Positions 1 to 8,572 of a stretch of 32,000 nt of DNA are shown piece by piece. The notes beneath the pieces are model-generated. The model was given only the letters and a program-made list of their open reading frames with translations, ran no database searches and had not been told where the DNA came from. Made by a program: the position numbers and the translations under genes. Position 1 is the first letter of the stretch. The number at the start of each line of letters is the position of its first letter. The DNA is taken from assembly GCF_013407185.1 (NCBI RefSeq), contig NZ_CP026995.1:1009483-1041482 (forward strand), in the 5' to 3' direction. This stretch comes from Nitrosopumilus ureiphilus (GTDB taxonomy: Archaea; Thermoproteota; Nitrososphaeria; Nitrososphaerales; Nitrosopumilaceae).

Positions 1-369
1 AACAAGTCCCTTAATTTTATGTGTGAGTGGACAAATCTGATTGTTGAAAATAACAAAACTCCGTTTACAAATCAGTTTAAACTTCATCAAAAAATTCCAA
101 TCCCTATAGCTAATGGAGAAGGAAGATATTATGCAGATGGTGATGTCCTAAAACAATTAAAGAAAAAAAATCAAATTGTTTTTAGATACAGCCAAATTGT
201 AAATGGTTCTACAGATAGAATTGCAGGAGTATGTAATGAAGCAGGAAATGTTGTTGGCATGATGCCTCATCCTGAAAGAGCAGTTGAACCCGAAATTAAT
301 CCCGTTGATAACAAACCTTCTTCACTAATTTTCGAATCACTTTTAGTAAAAATGGGTGTTAGTAATTGA
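1..369 (+). CDS. purQ: Phosphoribosylformylglycinamidine synthase glutaminase subunit PurQ, C-terminal part (5' end outside window)
   Basis: Frame 1 is open from nt 1. The translation carries the amidotransferase C-terminal signatures PIANGEGRYY and GMMPHPERAVE. TGA at 367-369 overlaps the purL start. Confidence 0.9.
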   Translation, partial: NKSLNFMCEWTNLIVENNKTPFTNQFKLHQKIPIPIANGEGRYYADGDVLKQLKKKNQIVFRYSQIVNGSTDRIAGVCNEAGNVVGMMPHPERAVEPEINPVDNKPSSLIFESLLVKMGVSN

Positions 370-2531
370 GTTTAGAATCTCATGAACTATCAGAATTAAA
401 ATCTAAAATTGGCAGGGACCCAACTTCAACTGAATTACAAATTGTGGCTGCAGAATGGTCAGAGCATTGCTCATACAAATCATCAAAAAAACATCTCAAA
501 ATGCTACCAATGACAGGATCTCTAGTGATTAATGAAAAAGGGTATGATTCTGGTGTCCTAGATGTTGGTGGAGGTTATGTTGTAACTGCACATATTGAAA
601 GTCATAACCACCCATCTGCTGTTGAACCGTTTGGAGGGGCAGCAACTGGTGTTGGTGGAGTGATTAGAGATATTTTATCTGCAGGAACAAGGCCTATTGC
701 AATCTTTGATGGTTTGCGTTTTGGCAATATTGAAAAAGATCAACAAGCAAGATGGCTTTTCAAGAATGCTGTTAGCGGCGTTGCAGCATATGGCAATTGT
801 TTGGGAATTCCTACAATTGGCGGAGAAGTTGAATTTGATGATTGTTATCAAAACTATGCACTAGTTGATGTTGCAGCCATCGGGTTTGGTAAAAAAGAGA
901 ATTTGATAAAAAATCATGCACAGAAGGGTGATCTTGTTGTGTTGCTAGGTGGTTCTACTGGTAGGGATGGAATAGGTGGTTCTCAATTTGCTTCTGATTC
1001 GCTAGAGTCTGAGGATCGTTCTGCAGTACAAATTCCTGATCCTTTTATTGAGAAATTAATCATTGAGGCAGTTTTGGAGGCAAGAAACGAGAAACTAATT
1101 CATGCCATGAAAGACCTTGGTGGCGGTGGACTCTCCTGTGCAGTTTCTGAGACTGCAGATGCATTAGACATAGGAATTGAGATGGATGTTCAAAAAGTTC
1201 ACACTCGTGAGTCTGACATGCGTCCTGATGAAATCATGGTTTCTGAATCTCAAGAAAGAATGTTAATTATTACAGATAAAACAAAATTAAAAAAACTGGA
1301 GATCATCTGCAAGAAATTTCATCTCGAATGTTCTGTGATTGGTCATGTCACATCAGATAATCAGATGCATGTAAAAAAAGGTAAAAAGACTTTTGCAAAT
1401 CTTCCAACTGATGTTGTTGCAAATGCCACGTTACTTGATTTGCCATCAAAAAAACCTGAATATCTAAAAGCAATTGAAACAGAAAAAAAACTCAAAACAA
1501 TTTCTAATTATTCTAAAACTCTTTTGAAATTACTTGCTTCATCAAACATAGCAAGTAAGATTTGGGTTTATGGACAATATGATCATGAAGTTGGAATTAG
1601 AACTGTAATAAAACCTGGAGGCGATGCATCCGTTTTAAGATTAGACAATGGAAAATTTCTTTCAGCAAAGATTGATGGAAATCCAAAACAATGTTACATT
1701 AATCCTAGAGAAGGCGCAATAGGCTGCTTTGAAGAGGCATGTAGAAATGTTGTATGCACTGGAGCAAAACCAATTGGAATGCTTGACCATCTTCAATTTG
1801 GAAATCCCAAAGATCCTGAAATCTTTTGGACCTTTTTAGAATCATTAAAAGGATTAACTGATTTTGCTAAAGAGTTTAAGATTCCCTGTGTTGGTGGTAA
1901 AGTGAGTCTCTACAATGAAACTCCTGCTGGACCAATAAAACCGACACCTGTGATTGGTGTTTTGGGACTAATTGATAAAAAACCACTAATCCCTCAAAGG
2001 ATTTCTGAAAGTGACTGCCTTGTAATTATCGGCGACACTAAAAATGAAATGGGTGGTTCTGAATACTTTGAATATGTTCACAAATTCATTGGAGGAAAAT
2101 GCCCTGTTGTGAATTTTTCAGAATCCAAGAAAAACATGAAAACTGTACTTGATGTCATTGATAATGAAATTCTAAAATCTGCCCATGACTGCTCCAAGGG
2201 AGGGCTTGCAGTAGCAATATCTGAATTATGCATGAAAAACATGATCGGCTGTAAAATATCTCTGGAAACGGTTCCTGGGGAGAGTCTTGATGTTGATAGA
2301 GTCCTCTTTTCTGAAAGTCATTCTCGTTATCTCTTGGTTTTTGATAAGAAAAATCTAAAAAAACTAGAAGATTTGCTAAAAAAGAATAATGTTTCATTCA
2401 AACTAATTGGGCAATTTGGAGGAGATGAAATTCGATTCGTAAAAGGAACAAAAACGATCATAGATCTAAGAGTTGATAGAGCACAAAAAATTTGGTTAAA
2501 TTCGTTAAGGGACTTGGTGCTTCATGGTTAA
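366..2531 (+). CDS. purL: Phosphoribosylformylglycinamidine synthase subunit PurL (small, split type)
   Basis: 721-aa ORF with typical PurL motifs (EWSEHCSYKSS, HNHPSAVEPFGGAATGVGGVIRD, GGSTGRDGIGG, DLGGGGLSCA). TTG start at 366 overlaps the purQ stop. Confidence 0.97.
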   Translation: MSLESHELSELKSKIGRDPTSTELQIVAAEWSEHCSYKSSKKHLKMLPMTGSLVINEKGYDSGVLDVGGGYVVTAHIESHNHPSAVEPFGGAATGVGGVIRDILSAGTRPIAIFDGLRFGNIEKDQQARWLFKNAVSGVAAYGNCLGIPTIGGEVEFDDCYQNYALVDVAAIGFGKKENLIKNHAQKGDLVVLLGGSTGRDGIGGSQFASDSLESEDRSAVQIPDPFIEKLIIEAVLEARNEKLIHAMKDLGGGGLSCAVSETADALDIGIEMDVQKVHTRESDMRPDEIMVSESQERMLIITDKTKLKKLEIICKKFHLECSVIGHVTSDNQMHVKKGKKTFANLPTDVVANATLLDLPSKKPEYLKAIETEKKLKTISNYSKTLLKLLASSNIASKIWVYGQYDHEVGIRTVIKPGGDASVLRLDNGKFLSAKIDGNPKQCYINPREGAIGCFEEACRNVVCTGAKPIGMLDHLQFGNPKDPEIFWTFLESLKGLTDFAKEFKIPCVGGKVSLYNETPAGPIKPTPVIGVLGLIDKKPLIPQRISESDCLVIIGDTKNEMGGSEYFEYVHKFIGGKCPVVNFSESKKNMKTVLDVIDNEILKSAHDCSKGGLAVAISELCMKNMIGCKISLETVPGESLDVDRVLFSESHSRYLLVFDKKNLKKLEDLLKKNNVSFKLIGQFGGDEIRFVKGTKTIIDLRVDRAQKIWLNSLRDLVLHG

Positions 2532-2599
2532 GGAAAATCGCATATAGATTACGTCTTTTTACATGTCTGAAAACTATCCTCATCTAGGAAAATAAGAAA

Positions 2600-3118
2600 A
2601 TGAATTATACTGAAAACATCAAAAAAAGAATCATACTTGTAATTGTCGCAGTTGTAGCATACATTTTTGTTCCAATTCCAATCAGCTTGTCGATGCTTTC
2701 ATTTCTTTATTCTCCATCTTTCCCCCTTGCAGGGATTGTGATGCATACAATTCAGATTTCTGTGTTGATGATATTGTTGTATGGAGCATTAGCATGGGTA
2801 AAACCATCACTTGTCCCTTCATATATCTCAAAGAAAGTTATTACTGCAATAATTTGTGTGATTATAATTTTATCTATGTTACCTAGTGGGCTATTATCCC
2901 TAGAGTCTACAGGAAGTTGTACAATTATTAACAATTATCAGGGAGTTATAACCACAAGTAGCAATGTTCATTCCACAGAACAACAATGCATTGATAGTTG
3001 TATTGATGGTGGAAATACAAATAATCAATATAACCAAAAAAATTGTGAGTTTACTGGTGTTGGAACTTCATGGTCAAAAACCCCTGAGGATTTCAAAGGA
3101 TACAAACCAAATATCTGA
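2600..3118 (+). CDS. Hypothetical multi-pass membrane protein with Cys-rich C-terminal tail
   Basis: 172-aa ORF with three to four long hydrophobic segments, then a polar tail with five Cys. I recognise no family. Confidence 0.6.
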   Translation: MNYTENIKKRIILVIVAVVAYIFVPIPISLSMLSFLYSPSFPLAGIVMHTIQISVLMILLYGALAWVKPSLVPSYISKKVITAIICVIIILSMLPSGLLSLESTGSCTIINNYQGVITTSSNVHSTEQQCIDSCIDGGNTNNQYNQKNCEFTGVGTSWSKTPEDFKGYKPNI

Positions 3119-3147
3119 GAGAGTTGAATTAGAGAACGAAAACTAGA

Positions 3148-3167
3148 GTTCAAACCTGTATGGATTT
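3148..3167 (+). promoter_or_regulatory. Upstream box GTTCAAACCTGTATGGATTT (copy 1)
   Basis: Exact core shared with 6059, 9735 and 15499. It lies 37 nt upstream of the TATA-like TTTTATGAATA (3185), which is 32 nt upstream of the ATG at 3217. Confidence 0.55.
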
Positions 3168-3216
3168 ACACATACAATAGAATGTTTTATGAATACATGA
3201 ATTTTAGAAAAACAGA

Positions 3217-4053
3217 ATGAAAACTAATCTTGTGATAATTATTTTGGGCATTATAATTACTATTTCTGTTATTGTAGGGGGACTCTTTATTTTCCAATCC
3301 CCATCACAAAGTATACAATGTGATGTTGGATATTTGCCAAAAGCACATGCTTCATTGATATACAGTTCCATAAACGATGTTTACCTTTCTGCTAATGTCA
3401 TAGTAGTTGGAACCATCCAAACCCCAAGTAATGGATCTAATTTTCTGGTAAATGTCTCTGAATATGTCAAAAATCCTCGACAAGAAAATATGTTGATATT
3501 GGATTTGTCATATCCTCCTTCAAATATAATCAACTCTAATGAGAAGCATTTTTCTCCAAATGAAAATGCACTTTTGTTTCTAAATGGACCTGATATAGAG
3601 AACAAATTCAAGATAATACCATACTCTGTCAGAATTCCAGAGGATTCCATGTCTGGAAAGGATTTGATAAAAGGAATAGAGGTAAGAGCCATGGAAAAAA
3701 GACTAGTGATGGAACAGGGACAATCTGCAAAGTTTGTTTTATGTCTTGACTCTTTTTTTGGATATAATGAAGATGTTCCTCTGAGGATATCTGGGTTCAG
3801 CATCTATGATTCTTCAGGTAACGGAAAATTATATGAAGACCCAAGCAAACTAGAGGAATTTGGAATATTATTAAACATACCTCAAATAACGGCAATCTCT
3901 GACAAAACCGTATCATTTGAAGTTCCCGTACATATCAAAGACGATGCAATGAAAGGAAGATACTTTATTGACATTGAACATAAAGATGGAAACTCCTTTG
4001 AAGAATTGTATTGGAAACGAGGATCAATACAACTGCATGTGTTTTTGGAATAA
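3217..4053 (+). CDS. Hypothetical secreted/anchored protein (MKT-start family of leaders)
   Basis: 278-aa ORF. N-terminus MKTNLVIIILGIIITISVIVGGLFIF is a signal anchor. The mature part begins near a single Cys (QCDVGYLP...VVGTI...VNVSEYVKN), loosely resembling the start of the 7581 protein. Confidence 0.7.
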   Translation: MKTNLVIIILGIIITISVIVGGLFIFQSPSQSIQCDVGYLPKAHASLIYSSINDVYLSANVIVVGTIQTPSNGSNFLVNVSEYVKNPRQENMLILDLSYPPSNIINSNEKHFSPNENALLFLNGPDIENKFKIIPYSVRIPEDSMSGKDLIKGIEVRAMEKRLVMEQGQSAKFVLCLDSFFGYNEDVPLRISGFSIYDSSGNGKLYEDPSKLEEFGILLNIPQITAISDKTVSFEVPVHIKDDAMKGRYFIDIEHKDGNSFEELYWKRGSIQLHVFLE

Positions 4054-4206
4054 TTGGAGAAAATGAAACTAGACATTTAATAATTATGTCTATTTGATAC
4101 ATAATTTTCATAAAATGCTATTTCGTATTTTATCTATTCCTAAAATTTGTATTTTTACTAATGAATCATCAGTGCTTATTATATAGAAAAATTCGATCCA
4201 TCGTCT

Positions 4207-5493
4207 ATGGCAGGTATGATAATTCTTGGAATCAGTGTTGTTTTAGCACTGTTTTTTGCCACAAATTCTGTTTTTGCCGATTCAGTTGATACAAGTGAAC
4301 AAATCACTCTTTCAAAAGATCTTGAAAATAATTCTGTTGCGCAAGACATTCTAAAAAAAATTGAAAAAAGCAAGAAATGGATTGCACAAATAGAACAAAG
4401 AAATTTTGAAGCCCTGGAAAAACAAAAAGAACTAGAGAAAAAAAGAGCAGAGGCTATACAAATTCTAGAGAAAAAACTAAAAAAATGGGAAGATCTTTGG
4501 GAATACTATACCTTTGATAAAATGCTTGAAAGTGCACTTGAAAATAGTCCTGCAAAATATACTTCCAGCACATATGATCATCCGCTAAAATTTACTGCAT
4601 CAAAGATTAATGCGGGACGTGATGCATTACACAAAGTCATTCTTGAAGGTGGAGGACCAGAAAAAGCAAGAGAGGCTTTTGTTATTGCAGCCAAAATAAC
4701 AAGAGCAGAGATGCTTGCTGCCAATAGTCTCTTTAATGTTATTAATAATAATGCATACTATAACCAGCAGATTCTCTTTAGTTCTGATGGTAACTTTGAG
4801 GAGATTATTTCTGGAGAACAACTAAGAAAATATTATCAAGATTATAGAACAAACCCTGGCTATCTACAAGCAAATCCATTTGACAAAATATCTTGGGAAG
4901 ATCTTGGCAAGAATAACCCAGATACTGAATGCAGACAGGATCAAGTATTGGTGTATAGAACACATGCAGATGATTATGTATGTACAACAGAATACACTGC
5001 TGAAATGTGGGTACACCATAAAATGGGAACTGTGGTAACTGATACATTTTTAGAAACAAAAGATCCTGTAGATGTAAAAAAATTCCAACAAGACAGAATT
5101 TTTGAAAAAGTAAAAAACCTCAATTCAAAAATTGAATCTATGCAAAAACATAATGAGTTAAAAATATCTGATACAAAAAAGAAATACACTTCTATTTTTG
5201 TGAACATGGAAACAGAACAAAATGAAGAGGAAAAAAAAGTAATTGAGAAATTCAACAACTCTGGTTCTATGTCTAAAAAAACGTTTAGTCAGCAAATTTC
5301 TGATATTCGAGAAAAATACAAGCAACTAGAGGAAACTGTTGTGGATGAACAGTCTCGCATTCTGGAAATTCTAGAGAATCAACATCAGACAAGCATCAAT
5401 AATTTTGTAAAAAACTACGAATCTGATTCTGAAATGAGAATAATATGGAATTCACAGAATCCTGTCTTTGAAGCAGAAATATCTTTATCGTAA
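4207..5493 (+). CDS. Hypothetical secreted coiled-coil protein with a Cys-pair module
   Basis: 428-aa ORF. Signal peptide MAGMIILGISVVLALFFATNSVFA/DS, with Lys/Glu-rich heptad-like stretches at both ends. Central ECRQDQVLVYRTHADDYVCTTEYTAEMWVHHKMG resembles the Cys-pair module in three neighbouring proteins. Confidence 0.75.
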   Translation: MAGMIILGISVVLALFFATNSVFADSVDTSEQITLSKDLENNSVAQDILKKIEKSKKWIAQIEQRNFEALEKQKELEKKRAEAIQILEKKLKKWEDLWEYYTFDKMLESALENSPAKYTSSTYDHPLKFTASKINAGRDALHKVILEGGGPEKAREAFVIAAKITRAEMLAANSLFNVINNNAYYNQQILFSSDGNFEEIISGEQLRKYYQDYRTNPGYLQANPFDKISWEDLGKNNPDTECRQDQVLVYRTHADDYVCTTEYTAEMWVHHKMGTVVTDTFLETKDPVDVKKFQQDRIFEKVKNLNSKIESMQKHNELKISDTKKKYTSIFVNMETEQNEEEKKVIEKFNNSGSMSKKTFSQQISDIREKYKQLEETVVDEQSRILEILENQHQTSINNFVKNYESDSEMRIIWNSQNPVFEAEISLS

Positions 5494-5668
5494 ATTATTT
5501 TACATCTGTCTATTCCTAGAACGAAATTCGCTAAAGTGCAAAATCTATGTCACTGATTATACTCCCTGTACCATTTCCGGTGGAACCAATTTGAACCACA
5601 AAACAACTCATGTAACCAAATCCATTAGGATTTACATCATAGTTAGGTTACTGATCCTTGTTTTACAC

Positions 5669-5998
5669 TCACATAATCTGAATTCCGTGTGATCTCTCAT
5701 GAGATATTAGATCTTCTTTGTATGTAACAAACCCACAAATCGTACATCGTGAAAGACCAAAATGCTCAATCATCACTTTTTTTGCAATGATTACTGTGTC
5801 TGAATCTGATGGAATAATCTGTAACTCCTTTATCTTTCCCGTCTTTTTTAGATAATATTCTAATTCATCTTTTGTTACCCTGGGATCACTCGTTGTAATG
5901 ATGCTGTCTTTTTCTTTGACAATATCAAACCTTTTTTCTTTTAGATAGGATGCAATCTCATCAGATAGCTTTTCATCAAAAGCACAATCTATAATCAA
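5669..5998 (-). CDS. Small protein with C-terminal C2H2-type zinc finger
   Basis: 109-aa ORF ending in CTICGFVTYKEDLISHERSH (C-x2-C-x11-H-x3-H, with Phe and Leu at the usual hydrophobic positions). No signal peptide. Confidence 0.65.
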   Translation of the reverse strand: MIIDCAFDEKLSDEIASYLKEKRFDIVKEKDSIITTSDPRVTKDELEYYLKKTGKIKELQIIPSDSDTVIIAKKVMIEHFGLSRCTICGFVTYKEDLISHERSHGIQIM

Positions 5999-6058
5999 CA
6001 GTTATTATCACTCTCTTAAGTTTAAATTTATTTTGTACACAAAAACATGACTTTAATT

Positions 6059-6076
6059 GTTCAAACCTGTATGGAC
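6059..6076 (+). promoter_or_regulatory. Upstream box GTTCAAACCTGTATGGAC (copy 2)
   Basis: Same core as 3148, 9735 and 15499. It lies 36 nt upstream of CTTTATGAATA (6095), which is 35 nt upstream of the ATG at 6130. The spacer ACTGATCATTCAAACACTTTATG is nearly identical to the one at 9757-9780. Confidence 0.55.
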
Positions 6077-6129
6077 TCACTGATCATTCAAACACTTTAT
6101 GAATATCCCATTATCCATCTAGTCATATT

Positions 6130-7302
6130 ATGAAATATTTTGTAATTTTCTTGGTATTGATGATGTTTGTAGGCACAATTGCTCCTGTATTAGGTTTTGA
6201 GATTCATGATCTTGACTATGAAAATTCCCCATATCAAAACAAGAAGACTCCATCCCTTGGAAAACCAGTAGAACTATTCTATCAAGTTGTAAACCATGCT
6301 CCAAAAAATCAAAGCTATGATGTTATGATTTCAATTACAAATCTTGATGAGAAAAAACAGGTTCACTCTAAACAGTACCAATATGAAATTCCATCAGGTA
6401 AATTTATTGATATTATTTGGAAATTTACGCCAGAAACTTCTGGTCTTTATCTTGTAGATGTGACTGAGAATCATTACAAATACACAAAACATATTTTTGC
6501 AGTGCCTGAAAATAACGATTTTAAAAAAATTCACAAGACAAATCCTGTATTACTTGAGAACCAAAGCCCAAGACAACAATTCCGTATGGGTATTGATCCA
6601 AAAGAGATATTTTGTAAAGATGAATTATACCTTGCACTAAAATCCTCAGGACTTCCTGTTTGTGTGACCCTTGATACATTAATAGAATTTAGACAAAGGG
6701 ACATCATCATTCCTGATGTGATTGATTATGATCGAATTGGTTTTGCGGTTTCAGAAAATCAATTCATAAAAATGTTGGATGAAAACAATATCGAGTATGA
6801 TCGAGAAGAATTACTATTGGTCTCAGGATTTGCTCAACTTTCACTTCCGCCAACAAGTGGCTATTGCGGATATGTTCTAGATAAAACCCCCGAAGACTAT
6901 TGGTTTTCTAGCTCCTATCATTTTGACACTTTGTTGAGTTCCAATCTTTATGATGAAAATCCAAATCCATGTATCAGTGCGATGAGTTTTACATGTGAAT
7001 GTTCAATTCAAACACAACTAAAAGAAAATGAATTAACAGAATTATCATACTTTGATGAATCTCAAGAAAAGCATGTAGGGAATATGTTTCGGGATTATCT
7101 TAATGAAGGGGGAAAGATTGCAAATGCCCCAAACTCATTTATCATTGGAAAATACAACATGGATTTGGATTCTGACATCACTTTGTTTTGTGGACAATTT
7201 CAGGGAAAACAATACTGGCATTTTACAGGCTCAATTAATGACACAAAGATATCTGATTGGGGACGAATCGGATGGACGACCCAAACTATGTGCAATAAAT
7301 GA
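6130..7302 (+). CDS. Hypothetical secreted protein (Ig/CARDB-like N-terminal region plus Cys-pair module)
   Basis: 390-aa ORF. Signal peptide MKYFVIFLVLMMFVGTIAPVLG. Residues 146-191 (SPRQQFRMGIDPKEIFCKDELYLALKSSGLPVCVTLDTLIEFRQRD) match the module in the 8569 and 9805 proteins. Promoter and leader are duplicated at 24814-24873 (minus strand). Confidence 0.8.
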   Translation: MKYFVIFLVLMMFVGTIAPVLGFEIHDLDYENSPYQNKKTPSLGKPVELFYQVVNHAPKNQSYDVMISITNLDEKKQVHSKQYQYEIPSGKFIDIIWKFTPETSGLYLVDVTENHYKYTKHIFAVPENNDFKKIHKTNPVLLENQSPRQQFRMGIDPKEIFCKDELYLALKSSGLPVCVTLDTLIEFRQRDIIIPDVIDYDRIGFAVSENQFIKMLDENNIEYDREELLLVSGFAQLSLPPTSGYCGYVLDKTPEDYWFSSSYHFDTLLSSNLYDENPNPCISAMSFTCECSIQTQLKENELTELSYFDESQEKHVGNMFRDYLNEGGKIANAPNSFIIGKYNMDLDSDITLFCGQFQGKQYWHFTGSINDTKISDWGRIGWTTQTMCNK

Positions 7303-7358
7303 CAACCCAATATCTTTTACTTTTGATGAATCTGCAATTGTCAAACAACAATGAGAAA

Positions 7359-7574
7359 ATGAAAACTAGACATATCTTGATACCTATTGTAATTTTTTTT
7401 ATAATTGTTGGATTGATGACATATTTTGACTATTCAAAACTAACAACTCCGATTAACGGAATTCCGATAGAGGAATATTGTGATCAATTCCCAAATCCTT
7501 TTTGTACTGAAAGACCATTAGATTTGGACTTTTTTGAATATCTACGGTATAAAATATCCTCTTGGAATGGTTGA
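7359..7574 (+). CDS. Small membrane-anchored protein (MKT start)
   Basis: I prefer the ATG at 7359 (MKTRHILIPIVIFFIIVGLMTYF) over the track start at 7299. It is preceded by GAGAAA and carries the ATGAAAACTAGA cassette seen at five other gene starts. Confidence 0.6.
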   Translation: MKTRHILIPIVIFFIIVGLMTYFDYSKLTTPINGIPIEEYCDQFPNPFCTERPLDLDFFEYLRYKISSWNG

Positions 7575-7580
7575 TTTGAA

Positions 7581-8051
7581 ATGAAAACTAAACTTTTGGT
7601 AATTGTGGGGTTGATTGTATTTTTGATTCCTTTATCAGATGTATATGCTTCATGTGCCACATTTATTCCAGGAATAGACAACATCAAGGCTTATGATGAA
7701 GCATCTACTGTGTTTTTAGGAACCGTCATTAAAGCACATGAACAACAAAATTCAGATTCTGGCACAGCATTTTCAGAATATACTACATTTGATGTGCATT
7801 ATCTTTTCAAAGGTAGCCTAATTGAAGGCCAAGTGAGAACAAATCCTAGGAGTTCTACAGGATATGAGGGATTTGAAGAAGGTCAGACTTATTTTGTATA
7901 TGCATATGATCCTGCAAATGAAGTCTATGAATGCATAGCGCCAACACCTTTTCCATTTGCATTTCCAATTCTTATTCTACATTTCCCTTTTGTGTTGATA
8001 CCCATTGGAATCATTAGTGGTGTAGTGATTATTTGGAGAAAAAGAAAATGA
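7581..8051 (+). CDS. Hypothetical secreted protein with C-terminal TM anchor and basic tail
   Basis: 156 aa. Signal peptide MKTKLLVIVGLIVFLIPLSDVYA/SC. The mature N-terminal Cys followed by AYDEASTVFLGTV...FDVHYLFKG loosely resembles TIMP/netrin-like OB modules (weak call). The C-terminus PFPFAFPILILHFPFVLIPIGIISGVVIIWRKRK is a TM segment plus basic cluster. Confidence 0.75.
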   Translation: MKTKLLVIVGLIVFLIPLSDVYASCATFIPGIDNIKAYDEASTVFLGTVIKAHEQQNSDSGTAFSEYTTFDVHYLFKGSLIEGQVRTNPRSSTGYEGFEEGQTYFVYAYDPANEVYECIAPTPFPFAFPILILHFPFVLIPIGIISGVVIIWRKRK

Positions 8052-8572
8052 AAACCAACTTTATTCTGCTAACTACCACTATAGTATTTGCGTTACTTAC
8101 AGTTACATTTGGATATGGTGGACTATTATCAAATTATCAACACTTGACATGTTGGGATTCATGTGCTTGGGAAATACTTGAGGGATGTGATGAAATCTGT
8201 AAAGATGTCCCTGAAAAACGAACAGAATTAACAAGAGAAGAACAAAAAGAAAAAGGCCAAAAACTCAGAGAGATATACGATCCAATCCTTGAGAAATATA
8301 TTAGTTCAATAGGAATTATGGGAGGACCATTTCCAAGAGGCCACGGGTATTCATATCCTGTATCTCTAGAAGATAATCTTGATGCTAATTTTGATTATTC
8401 TGACGGATTTTTCATGCATTCTCAAATATTGGAGATAGTCTCTCCATTAAAACAAACAGATGATGCAGGAAAAATAACTATTGTAAAAGAAATGTTGTTT
8501 CCAGAGATGTATGTATTCTGGTTATTTGTCATAGCAATTGGGATAATTGTAGGATTCAAGATACGAAAATGA
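8048..8572 (+). CDS. Hypothetical secreted protein with C-terminal TM anchor and basic tail
   Basis: ATG at 8048 overlaps the upstream TGA (ATGA). MKTNFILLTTTIVFALLTVTFG leader, then a Cys-rich segment CWDSCAWEILEGCDEICK. C-terminus FPEMYVFWLFVIAIGIIVGFKIRK. Confidence 0.75.
   Translation: MKTNFILLTTTIVFALLTVTFGYGGLLSNYQHLTCWDSCAWEILEGCDEICKDVPEKRTELTREEQKEKGQKLREIYDPILEKYISSIGIMGGPFPRGHGYSYPVSLEDNLDANFDYSDGFFMHSQILEIVSPLKQTDDAGKITIVKEMLFPEMYVFWLFVIAIGIIVGFKIRK

Noticed and set aside
3143-3167. GTTCAAACC resembles a tRNA T-loop (GTTCAAATC), so the boxes might be tRNA 3' fragments marking att sites of integrated elements.
   Set aside because: Only the 3148 copy has a partly complementary 5-nt stem on its 5' side. 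The would-be acceptor arm (TGGATTT) is A/T-rich and has no partner. No integrase is nearby. All full copies keep a fixed distance to TATA boxes, which fits a promoter element better.
3381-3803. 140-aa ORF antisense to the 3217-4053 gene.
   Set aside because: It is entirely nested opposite a gene with a leader peptide and its own promoter module. Its composition is Ser/Phe/Leu-rich, as is typical of antisense frames in A/T-rich DNA.
5468-5692. 74-aa + strand ORF in the convergent gap between the 4207 and 5669 genes. A 26-codon minus-strand ORF (MSCFVVQIGSTGNGTGSIISDIDFAL) was also noticed.
   Set aside because: The + ORF overlaps the ends of both flanking genes and has odd composition. The short minus ORF has no supporting signal. 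The 175-bp gap may instead hold terminators.
7299-7358. Longer N-terminal extensions offered by the ORF track (7299 for the 7359 gene, 8033 for the 8048 gene, 21521 for the 21551 gene, 30552 and 31178 for the two minus-strand genes).
   Set aside because: The downstream ATGs give canonical leaders and match the conserved start cassette or the stop/start overlap. The extensions also run through the upstream stop region or the operator palindromes.
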